From Hyphomicrobiaceae bacterium (lineage in GTDB: Bacteria; Pseudomonadota; Alphaproteobacteria; Rhizobiales; Hyphomicrobiaceae): a stretch of DNA of 24,000 nucleotides. The notes beneath the pieces are model-generated. The model was not told the origin of the DNA. It ran no database searches and worked only from the letters and a program-made list of their open reading frames with translations. The position numbers were made by a program, and so were the translations under genes. Location: NCBI GenBank assembly GCA_041397725.1, contig JAWKVZ010000010.1:9108-33107 (forward strand). The letters run 5' to 3'. Every line of letters starts with the position of its first letter. The first letter of the stretch is position 1. Below are positions 1 to 7,266 of this stretch, in pieces.

Positions 1-606
1 GCAGCGCCGGTACCGCGTTGCTGGGGTCGAGAGCGGTGTATTGGCGATGCGGTTCAGAGACAACGAGACGCACCCCCGTAGCTTCCTTGGTCGCGGTCTC
101 GGCGCTGATGACAGCGGCGCGGTTGTCGGAGGCGAGCATATTGATGGTGTACTTGCGGCGCTGGCCGCCAGGATTGAGTTCGTAGACGATATGCCATTCA
201 GCAGCGCGCCCAAGGCCAGCGCATTAAACCGGCCGCGCCCTTCAAAGCCGTGCAGAGCACGCTTCTTTCGGCGGGTTAGGCCGCCCGGTTGCTTCCACGA
301 ACCACCGTAGCGCTTGAACTGCGCTAACGCGTCGACACGCGGCAGGCCGTCACCGTCGTCGGCTATGGTGATCGCGGTCAGTGTCTTCAACGGATCGCGG
401 GTGAGTGTCACTGTCACTAGATCGGCGTCAGCATCGAGGCTGTTCCAGATGAGCTCGGCGAGCGCGGCCAGTGGGCGCGCCTTGGTCAGCCGATCGATGA
501 TGTCCGGCTGTATCGACATGAAGGCGTTCGCCATCGGCCATGGTCCCTCCACAATGGGCGGGTTCAGCGCAATCAGTGGCTCCGCCGGCCCGTTCGTTTC
601 AGACAT
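1..606 (-). pseudogene. GHKL/HSP90-like (HATPase_c_3-type) ATP-binding protein, 5' part; truncated by the window edge and apparently frameshifted near 200-212
   Basis: Manual minus-strand translation from ATG at 606: MSETNGPAEPLIALNPPIVEGPWPMANAFMSIQPDIIDRLTKARPLAALAELIWNSLDADADLVTVTL...ITIADDGDGLP...RYGGSWKQPGG...GFEGRGRFNALALG. It contains N-box, G1 (DDGDG) and G2 (GRGRF) motifs. The coding signal then continues in another frame as RAAEWHIVYELNPGGQRRKYTINMLASDNRAAVISAE to the window edge. Confidence 0.75.
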
Positions 607-905
607 ACTTGAGGGAGCGCAACTTGCAAGTGTAACGGAACATAGGCTTCAGTTCACCGAGGATGGTGCGCAGAATGCACGACGGCAACCAACACCCGCG
701 AGGGCTGATAGGAAAGTTCCAACCCGAGCAGAGCCTGTTTGTGGAGCCGCATTCCAGGCACTTGCGGACGCTATGCCGTCGAACCCGGACATGGCTAAGC
801 GACCCTCCGCTGGCGTCATATCGGCGCTGGCCAATGTCTGCAAATGGGATCAAGCAACGAATGGTATTGGGGTTCCTTGTCAGTCTGCCGCAGAACTCCT
901 AAGAT

Positions 906-954
906 ATGCGACAAAACGAAACCCCGCAGAAAGTCTCGTTTAATTCTGTCGCAT
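906..954. repeat. Interrupted inverted repeat (ATGCGACA+AAACGA / TCGTTT+..+TGTCGCAT) upstream of the toxin-antitoxin-resolvase cassette; candidate operator or res-like site
   Basis: ATGCGACAAAACGA at 906-919 is mirrored by TCGTTTAATTCTGTCGCAT at 936-954 (8 bp and 6 bp blocks, with a 5-nt insertion on one arm). Confidence 0.5.
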
Positions 955-1036
955 TATTTTGGTGCATATATCAATGTGATTTCTCTTGCATTTCTTATTC
1001 AGATCTCCCATAATATTCGTATAAGGAGGATTATTC

Positions 1037-1309
1037 ATGGAGACACGTATTTCATCTGTGGAATTCGCTCGCAAGGTCGGGCAGTTCGCCGACAAGGCCC
1101 TCGCCGACCCCGTTCACATCACCAAGCACGGACGCGAGCATCTCGTTCTCATGTCGGCGGACGAGTACGCCCGCCTCAAGCAATCGGATCGCCGCGCCTA
1201 CTTCGCCCACGAGCTGCCGCCTGAGATCCTCGAAGCCCTCAGTCGCACCGACGATATCGCCCCCGAATCCCGCGCTCTCAACCACGAGGCGAAAGACTGG
1301 GATCTGTGA
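1037..1309 (+). CDS. Type II toxin-antitoxin system antitoxin, Phd/YefM-like
   Basis: 90 aa ORF METRISSVEFARKVGQFADKALADPVHITKHGREHLVLMSADEYARL, a typical Phd/YefM N-terminal region; strong Shine-Dalgarno AAGGAGG just upstream; stop overlaps the start of the next ORF. Confidence 0.85.
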   Translation: METRISSVEFARKVGQFADKALADPVHITKHGREHLVLMSADEYARLKQSDRRAYFAHELPPEILEALSRTDDIAPESRALNHEAKDWDL

Positions 1310-1743
1310 GCCTGCCCACACCCGTTGCCGGCCTCGTCATCAACTACAGCTACCTCTGGCGCCACGAGCACCTGCGGGGTTTCGATGAAGGATCCAAAAA
1401 TCGGCCCGCCGCCGTCGTCCTTGTTCTCGTCAAGGGGCTGCAGCTCCATGTCACCGTTCTTGGCATAACGCACACGCCACCCCGCGACCCAGCCGACGCC
1501 GTCTCCCTTCCCCCTTCGGCCAAAAAATCTCTCGGGCTCGATGATCAACCCTCGTGGATCGTCACGACGGAAGCCAACACCTTCACCTGGCCGGGTCATG
1601 ACCTTCGCCCCCGAAACCCCGGCGATCTTGCAAGCGTCGCTCTGGGCTATCTGCCCGAAGAGGTCATGATCAAGCTGCGGCACCGGGTCGCCCGCCACGC
1701 CGCTCTCGGCCAAATGCGCGTTATCCGCCGGACCGAGGGCTAG
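1306..1743 (+). CDS. Type II toxin, PemK/MazF-like growth inhibitor
   Basis: 145 aa ORF with GTG start overlapping the antitoxin stop (GTGA). N-terminal PxxGLVINYSYLW and KNRPAAVVLVLVKG resemble the PemK/MazF fold pattern. Confidence 0.75.
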   Translation: MSLPTPVAGLVINYSYLWRHEHLRGFDEGSKNRPAAVVLVLVKGLQLHVTVLGITHTPPRDPADAVSLPPSAKKSLGLDDQPSWIVTTEANTFTWPGHDLRPRNPGDLASVALGYLPEEVMIKLRHRVARHAALGQMRVIRRTEG

Positions 1744-1748
1744 GTGCG

Positions 1749-2303
1749 ATGCGCATCGGCTACGCCCGCGTCTCCACCCTGGCCCAGAACCTGGACCGAC
1801 AGATCGCGGCCCTCAATGCCGAGCGCTGTGACCGCGTCCACCAGGAGAAGGCCTCGGGCAAGGCCACCCACAACCGCCCCGAGCTGGATGCGGCCATCTC
1901 CGCCCTCGCCCCAGGTGACGTGCTGGTGATCGCCGAATGGGACCGCGCCACGAGGTCCATGATGGACGGCATCACGATCATCGAACGCATCGCCCGCATG
2001 GGGGCCACCGTGAAGGTGCTCGACAAGCCCTGGCTCGATCTGACAACGCCCATCGGCAAGGGGTTCCTCGCCTTCCTCTCAGCCTTGGCCGAAGACGAAC
2101 GCCTGCGCATCCTAAGCCGTGCATCCGAAGGCCGCTCCGCCGCTCGCATCCGTGGCGTCCGCTTCGGACCGAAGCCGAAGCTCAACCCCGAGCAACGCGA
2201 GCGTGCCCTCGCCCGCCTTGCCGCCGGCGAGACCTGTCGTGCCATCGCTGCGGATTTCAGGGTTCATCACGCCACAATCGCGCGACTCGTTCCCCGATCC
2301 TGA
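1749..2303 (+). CDS. Serine recombinase, resolvase/invertase family
   Basis: 184 aa ORF MRIGYARVSTLAQNLDRQIAAL with a YARVST catalytic Ser motif, GKGFLAFLSALAEDERLRI, and a C-terminal HTH (GETCRAIAADFRVHHATIARL). It starts 5 nt after the toxin stop. Confidence 0.92.
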   Translation: MRIGYARVSTLAQNLDRQIAALNAERCDRVHQEKASGKATHNRPELDAAISALAPGDVLVIAEWDRATRSMMDGITIIERIARMGATVKVLDKPWLDLTTPIGKGFLAFLSALAEDERLRILSRASEGRSAARIRGVRFGPKPKLNPEQRERALARLAAGETCRAIAADFRVHHATIARLVPRS

Positions 2304-2413
2304 TTTATCCGGAGCCGTCACGAGCCCGCATCAACCCGCAGCTTCAGACGTATATCTGAGAGATATGGCGCCTCTGGTGGCTCCTGGCAGACCTCTTAAC
2401 ATTTTGATTTTAT

Positions 2414-2490
2414 TGGTGACCCCGACAGGATTCGAACCTGTGACCCTCAGATTAGGAATCTGATGCTCTATCCTGCTGAGCTACGGGGCC
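2414..2490 (-). tRNA. tRNA-Arg (anticodon CCT), encoded CCA
   Basis: Reverse complement GGCCCCGTAGCTCAGCAGGATAGAGCATCAGATTCCTAATCTGAGGGTCACAGGTTCGAATCCTGTCGGGGTCACCA folds as a 77-nt cloverleaf. Anticodon arm is TCAGA-TTCCTAA-TCTGA. Confidence 0.97.
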
Positions 2491-2642
2491 GATGCCAGGG
2501 CATTATCGAGGGCGGGGCAGGTACGTCAAGCGCGTGGACGTATTTTGGAGCGGCGCGATGGGGCGCGGTCCCCGCCGCCAGACGCCCCGCCAGCATCATC
2601 GATTGACGCCGATCAACGCTCGAGGGGCCATTTCCGGGTCTC

Positions 2643-2978
2643 ATGGCACGGCAACCGCAGGAAGGATCGCCGGTCCCCATGCTCACGCTCGAGGATTGCC
2701 TGGCCTTCTGCGGACTGACCGAGGCGGAGGTGCAGGCGATCGCCGAGCACGAACACATTCCCGAGGTCGCCGCAGCCGGACTTGCACAGTATCTCTTGAG
2801 CTCTCCCGACGGAGGGAGGCGCATCCGCGACATGATCCTCGATGACATCGTGCTGGCGCGACAGGCCCATCAGCAGGCGCACGCCCGCGAACTCGTCATG
2901 GTGCTCAGGCACTTCCTGGAAACGCATCCCGAGGCGCGAGGCGGCCCCCTCGAGCGCGCTACGACGCCGCCCCAGTGA
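2643..2978 (+). CDS. Conserved hypothetical protein, upstream of and overlapping the PHA synthase gene
   Basis: 111 aa ORF MARQPQEGSPVPMLTLEDCLAFCGLTEAEVQAIAEHEHIPEVAAAGLAQYLLSS...; stop overlaps the GTG start at 2975. The start codon is uncertain. Confidence 0.7.
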   Translation: MARQPQEGSPVPMLTLEDCLAFCGLTEAEVQAIAEHEHIPEVAAAGLAQYLLSSPDGGRRIRDMILDDIVLARQAHQQAHARELVMVLRHFLETHPEARGGPLERATTPPQ

Positions 2979-4864
2979 GCACGACAGTGAGCATGCCATC
3001 GCCCGCCAGCAGGCCCGCCAATGAGCCGGTCCCGACACTCGAGCCCGCCGAGCCCGCCTCCCCGGAGCCGGTCGGCGGCGTGCCGGCGGAGCACGCGGGA
3101 TCGCGGACGCCGCTCGACGGCTTCGCCCGCACCGCTCACACCGCCTACGAGCCGCAATTCGACTACCTCGACCGCTTCCTCAGGGCCACCTCGGCGCGTC
3201 TGACGCTCGGCCTGTCACCACACGCCGTCGCCGCCGCGTGGTTCGACTGGGCGCTGCACCTCGGCCTTTCACCGGGACGCCAGCTCGATCTGATGCTGGC
3301 GGCGCTGTCGTATCAAGCGCGCCTCGCCGCCTTCGCGACGACGTGTGCGGGCGGGCGGCATGAGGAGCCGCCGTTCAGCCCGCGGCCCGGCGATCACCGT
3401 TTCGATGCCCGGCAATGGCATGCGCCGCCGGCGTGCCTGTGGGCGCAAGCGTACCTGGCCGCGGAGGACTGGTGGTCGCTTGCGGTCTCGCCCCTGCGCG
3501 GCGTCTCGCCGAAGCATGCCGAGCGCGTCGCCTTCATGACGAGCCAGCTTCTCGACGTGCTCTCGCCGTCCAACAGCGCGCTCACCAACCCCGTGATCGC
3601 CGAGAAGCTTATGACGAGTGGTGGACGCGCGCTGGTGCAAGGCTTCGCCAACCTGATGGAGGACCTCGAGCACGAGCTCACAGGCCAGCCGCCACGCAGC
3701 TCCGATCGCTTCACCGTCGGCCGCGACCTCGCGGCGACGCCGGGAACGGTGGTCTATCGCGACCATCTGTTCGAGCTCATCCAGTACCGCGCCACGACGC
3801 CCGACGTGCACGCAGAGCCGCTGCTGATCGTGCCGGCCTGGATCATGAAATACTACATCCTCGACCTCAGACCCGAAAACTCGCTGGTCCGCCACCTGCT
3901 CGACCAGGGCCACACCGTCTTCATGATCTCCTGGCGGAACCCCGGGCCGGAGGATCGCGACATCGCCTTCGACGACTACCGTCGCGCCGTGATGACCGCC
4001 ATCCGTGCCATCGAAAGCGCAGCACCGGGCCTCGCCCTGCATCTGGCGGGCTACTGCCTCGGCGGCACCATCGCCGCCATCACCGCCGCCACGATGGCAC
4101 GCGACGGCGATACGCGGCTCGCCTCGCTGACGCTGCTGGCGGCACAGACGGATTTCAGCGAGGCCGGCGACCTGATGCTGTTCGTCGACGACAGCCAGAT
4201 CGCCTACCTCGAGGACATGATGTGGGCGCAGGGCGTGCTGCGCGGCCGCCAGATGTCCGGCGCCTTCCAGATGCTGCGCTCCAACGAGCTCGTCTGGTCG
4301 CGTCTCATCCAGGAGTACGTCCTCGGAGAGCGAAGCGACGTCTTCGACATCCAGGCCTGGAGCGAGGATCTCACGCGCATGCCCTACAAGATGCATTCGC
4401 AATACCTGCGTGGGTTGTTCCTCGAAAACCGGCTGACCGCCGGACGCTTTTCCGTCGAGGGCCGCGTCGTCGCGCTCAAGGACATCGAGGCGCCGATGTT
4501 CGTCGTCGGCACCGAGCGGGACCACATCGCACCCTGGCGCTCGGTCTACAAGGCGCACCTCTTCACCGACAACGAAATGACCTTCGTGCTGACCAACGCC
4601 GGCCACAACGCCGGCATCGTCTCCGAGCCCGGGCACCCGCACCGCCACTACCGGATGTCGCTGCGCAAGCCGCTCGACCTCTATCGCGATCCCGACACCT
4701 GGGCTGCTGAAACGCCACCTCGCGACGGCTCCTGGTGGCCCGCGTGGACGGCGTGGCTCGCGGCACGGAGCTCGTCGCGCGTCGAGGCGCGCTGCGACCG
4801 CCGGGCCGCCGGCCTGCTGCACCCACTCGGCCCGGCGCCCGGCAGCTACGTGCTGATCCGCTGA
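2975..4864 (+). CDS. phaC: Poly(3-hydroxyalkanoate) synthase (PhaC/PhbC family, alpha/beta hydrolase)
   Basis: 629 aa ORF with lipase-like box GYCLGGT, PHA-synthase segments PPWIMKYYILDL-like (PAWIMKYYILDLRPENSLVRHLLDQGHTVFMISWRNP), catalytic Asp region GTERDHIAPWRSVYKAH and His region NAGHNAGIVSEPG. Confidence 0.93.
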   Translation: MSTTVSMPSPASRPANEPVPTLEPAEPASPEPVGGVPAEHAGSRTPLDGFARTAHTAYEPQFDYLDRFLRATSARLTLGLSPHAVAAAWFDWALHLGLSPGRQLDLMLAALSYQARLAAFATTCAGGRHEEPPFSPRPGDHRFDARQWHAPPACLWAQAYLAAEDWWSLAVSPLRGVSPKHAERVAFMTSQLLDVLSPSNSALTNPVIAEKLMTSGGRALVQGFANLMEDLEHELTGQPPRSSDRFTVGRDLAATPGTVVYRDHLFELIQYRATTPDVHAEPLLIVPAWIMKYYILDLRPENSLVRHLLDQGHTVFMISWRNPGPEDRDIAFDDYRRAVMTAIRAIESAAPGLALHLAGYCLGGTIAAITAATMARDGDTRLASLTLLAAQTDFSEAGDLMLFVDDSQIAYLEDMMWAQGVLRGRQMSGAFQMLRSNELVWSRLIQEYVLGERSDVFDIQAWSEDLTRMPYKMHSQYLRGLFLENRLTAGRFSVEGRVVALKDIEAPMFVVGTERDHIAPWRSVYKAHLFTDNEMTFVLTNAGHNAGIVSEPGHPHRHYRMSLRKPLDLYRDPDTWAAETPPRDGSWWPAWTAWLAARSSSRVEARCDRRAAGLLHPLGPAPGSYVLIR

Positions 4865-5000
4865 CCCTGGGGGCGCAGCGGCCATGGCAGGGCGGTCGCC
4901 GCCATCTTGACCTCGGTCAAGCCGCAGCTCCGGCGGCAATGCGAGTCTTGCCGCGAGGCAGGCCGTCAGGCCTGCCGCCAACGATGGAGACGTCGCACCC

Positions 5001-5984
5001 GTGTCCGCCAAGCCGCGCAAGAGCCGAGCCATTCTGGTCACCGGCGCCTTCGGCCAGATCGGCTCCGAGCTGGTCCCTGCCCTGCGCAGCCACTACGGCA
5101 GTGATCGCGTGATCGCCTCCGACCTGCGCATGGCATCCGCGATGGGGTCTGCCGCCGGTCCCCACGCCCACCTCGACTGCACCGAGCCGCACCAATTGTT
5201 GGAGATCGTCCGCCGTCACGACGTCGGCGTCATCTATCATCTGGCGGCCATGCTCTCGGCAACGGCTGAGGCCAAGCCGCAGGTCGCCTGGACGCTCAAC
5301 ATGGGCGGGCTCTACAATGTGCTGGAGGTCGCGCGCCAGTACGGCTGCCAGGTGTTCTTTCCGAGCTCCATCGGCGCTTTCGGGCCTTCGACGCCCCACG
5401 ACCGCACGCCGCAGGTGACGGTGCAGCGACCGACCACGATGTACGGCGTCACCAAGGTTGCCGGCGAGCTGCTCTCGGACTACTACGCGAGCCGCTTCGG
5501 CGTCGACACGCGCGGGCTCAGGCTGCCGGGCCTCATCTCGCATTCCGCCCCGCCAGGCGGCGGCACCACGGACTATGCCGTCGACATTTTCCATCAGGCG
5601 GTGCGCTACGCGCACTTCACCTGCTTCCTCGCGGCTGATACGCGGCTCGACATGATGTACATGCCCGATGCCGTCGAGGCGATGATCGGCGTCATGGAGG
5701 CCGACCCCGCGCGCCTTCGCCATCGCAACGCCTACAACATCACGGCCATGAGCGTGACGCCCGCCGAGATCGCCGCCGCCATCGCCCGGCACATCCCCGC
5801 CTTCGCCATAGACTACGACATCGATCCGGTCCGCCAGGCCATCGCCGACAGTTGGCCGCGCTCCCTCGACGACAGCGCCGCCCGCCAGGACTGGGGCTGG
5901 GCGCCGCGCTACGATCTCGAGGCGATGACGCGGGACATGCTGGCGCGCGTGCGGGCGCGGCTGGCGCCGGGCAGAGGGGCCTGA
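5001..5984 (+). CDS. NAD-dependent epimerase/dehydratase family protein, L-threonine 3-dehydrogenase-like (SDR type)
   Basis: 327 aa ORF ILVTGAFGQIGSELVPALRSHYG (Rossmann GxxGxxG), VIYHLAAMLSATAE, FPSSIGAFGPSTP, and YGVTKVAGELL (YxxxK). Confidence 0.85.
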   Translation: MSAKPRKSRAILVTGAFGQIGSELVPALRSHYGSDRVIASDLRMASAMGSAAGPHAHLDCTEPHQLLEIVRRHDVGVIYHLAAMLSATAEAKPQVAWTLNMGGLYNVLEVARQYGCQVFFPSSIGAFGPSTPHDRTPQVTVQRPTTMYGVTKVAGELLSDYYASRFGVDTRGLRLPGLISHSAPPGGGTTDYAVDIFHQAVRYAHFTCFLAADTRLDMMYMPDAVEAMIGVMEADPARLRHRNAYNITAMSVTPAEIAAAIARHIPAFAIDYDIDPVRQAIADSWPRSLDDSAARQDWGWAPRYDLEAMTRDMLARVRARLAPGRGA

Positions 5985-6004
5985 CGCAACAGGGAGCGGT
6001 GCAC

Positions 6005-7231
6005 ATGCCGACGACGAGACTGACGGGCTGGCTCGAACACCGCCTCGGCGAGCTCGAGGCATCCGGCCGCAGCAAAGGCGCGGAAGCCGTATTCTCCGGC
6101 GTCGTTCCGGCGGGCGGCGGCCGCGGGCCGCGCTACCGTCTCGAAGGGCACGGCGACAGGCCGTTCCTGCGGATGAACTCGAACGGCTATCTCGGGCTTG
6201 CGCTCGCCACTGCCGTGCGGGACGCGGAGGACGCAGCCGTGCGCCGCTTCGGCTCCGGCCCCGGCGCCGTCCGCTTCATCAGTGGCACCTGGTCGCCCCA
6301 TGTCGCACTCGAGCAGCGCCTCGCACGCTTCCACGGGCGCGCAGCCGGCATGCTGTTCAGCTCGGCCTACGCCACGGTGATGGGCAGCCTGCCGCCGCTG
6401 GTCAGCGAGCGCACGGCGATCATCAGCGACGCCCTCAATCACAACTGCATCATCAACGCGACGGCGCTATCGCGCCCGCGCCGCAAGCTCATCTACCGCC
6501 ATCTCGACCTCGACGAGCTCGACCGCCACCTCGACGCGGCAGCGGCGGATTGCGAGCGGGCCATCGTCGTGACGGACGGCGTCTTCAGCATGCGCGGCGA
6601 TCACGCGCCGCTCGACCGCATCATGGAAATCGTCGAGAGACACGACCCGCGCTTTCGCGAGAACATCATCGTGGTCGTCGATGATTCCCACGGCGTGGGG
6701 GCCTTCGGCGCCACCGGGCGCGGCAGCGAGGAAGTGTGCGGCGGTCGGCCCGTCGACATCCTGATCGGCACGCTCGGCAAGGCGTTCGGCGTCAATGGCG
6801 GCTATCTCGTCGCCTCGGCCGAGATCGTTCGCTACCTGCGCGAGACTTCGCCGTTCTACATCTACTCGAACCCCATCACACCGGCCGAGGCAGCGGCGGC
6901 CGAGGCGGCCGTCGCCATCGTCGACAGCGCCGAGGGTGTCGGGCTGCTCGCCCATCTCGGCGCCATGACACGGCGCTTTCGCGACGGGCTCACGCAGCTC
7001 GGCATCGAGACGCTCGACGGGCGGCATCCGGTCGTGCCGGCGATGGTGCGTGACACGCAACGCACGTCGCGGCTCGTCGCGCATCTCAAGCAGAACGGCA
7101 TTCTGGCGACAGGTCTCAACTATCCGGTCGTCCCGAGGGGCGATGAGGAAATCCGCTTCCAGATCTCGGCCGACCACACCCCCGGGGACATCGACGAGGC
7201 GCTGGCGGTTCTCGCGCGCTTCACAGACTGA
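6005..7231 (+). CDS. PLP-dependent alpha-oxoamine synthase family aminotransferase (2-amino-3-ketobutyrate CoA ligase / glycine C-acetyltransferase-like)
   Basis: Start chosen at MPTTRLTGWLEHRL within the larger ORF 5852..7231. Motifs: FISGTWSPHVALEQRLARFHGR, VVVDDSHGVGAFGATGRGSEE, IGTLGKAFGVNGGY, YIYSNPITPAEAAAA. Confidence 0.83.
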   Translation: MPTTRLTGWLEHRLGELEASGRSKGAEAVFSGVVPAGGGRGPRYRLEGHGDRPFLRMNSNGYLGLALATAVRDAEDAAVRRFGSGPGAVRFISGTWSPHVALEQRLARFHGRAAGMLFSSAYATVMGSLPPLVSERTAIISDALNHNCIINATALSRPRRKLIYRHLDLDELDRHLDAAAADCERAIVVTDGVFSMRGDHAPLDRIMEIVERHDPRFRENIIVVVDDSHGVGAFGATGRGSEEVCGGRPVDILIGTLGKAFGVNGGYLVASAEIVRYLRETSPFYIYSNPITPAEAAAAEAAVAIVDSAEGVGLLAHLGAMTRRFRDGLTQLGIETLDGRHPVVPAMVRDTQRTSRLVAHLKQNGILATGLNYPVVPRGDEEIRFQISADHTPGDIDEALAVLARFTD

Positions 7232-7266
7232 GCCGCGACGGGGTCACGGGGAGAGGGAAGCGCGTC

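Noticed and set aside
314-943. 209 aa plus-strand ORF, and small ORFs 599..853 and 649..843 minus
   Set aside because: The plus ORF is antisense to the GHKL ATPase gene (N-box and G1 motifs are on the minus strand). The small minus ORFs overlap its start region and lack motifs.
2352-2366. Short palindrome ATATCT-GAG-AGATAT downstream of the resolvase
   Set aside because: A 6-bp stem with no T-tract is too short to call a terminator or a recombination site.
3415-4710. 431 aa plus-strand ORF, alternate frame inside phaC
   Set aside because: Same-strand frameshadow of phaC, with Arg/Ala-rich composition and no motifs.
3269-5041. 590 aa minus-strand ORF
   Set aside because: Antisense to phaC; Arg/Gly/His-rich translation without domain motifs, typical of GC-rich shadow ORFs.
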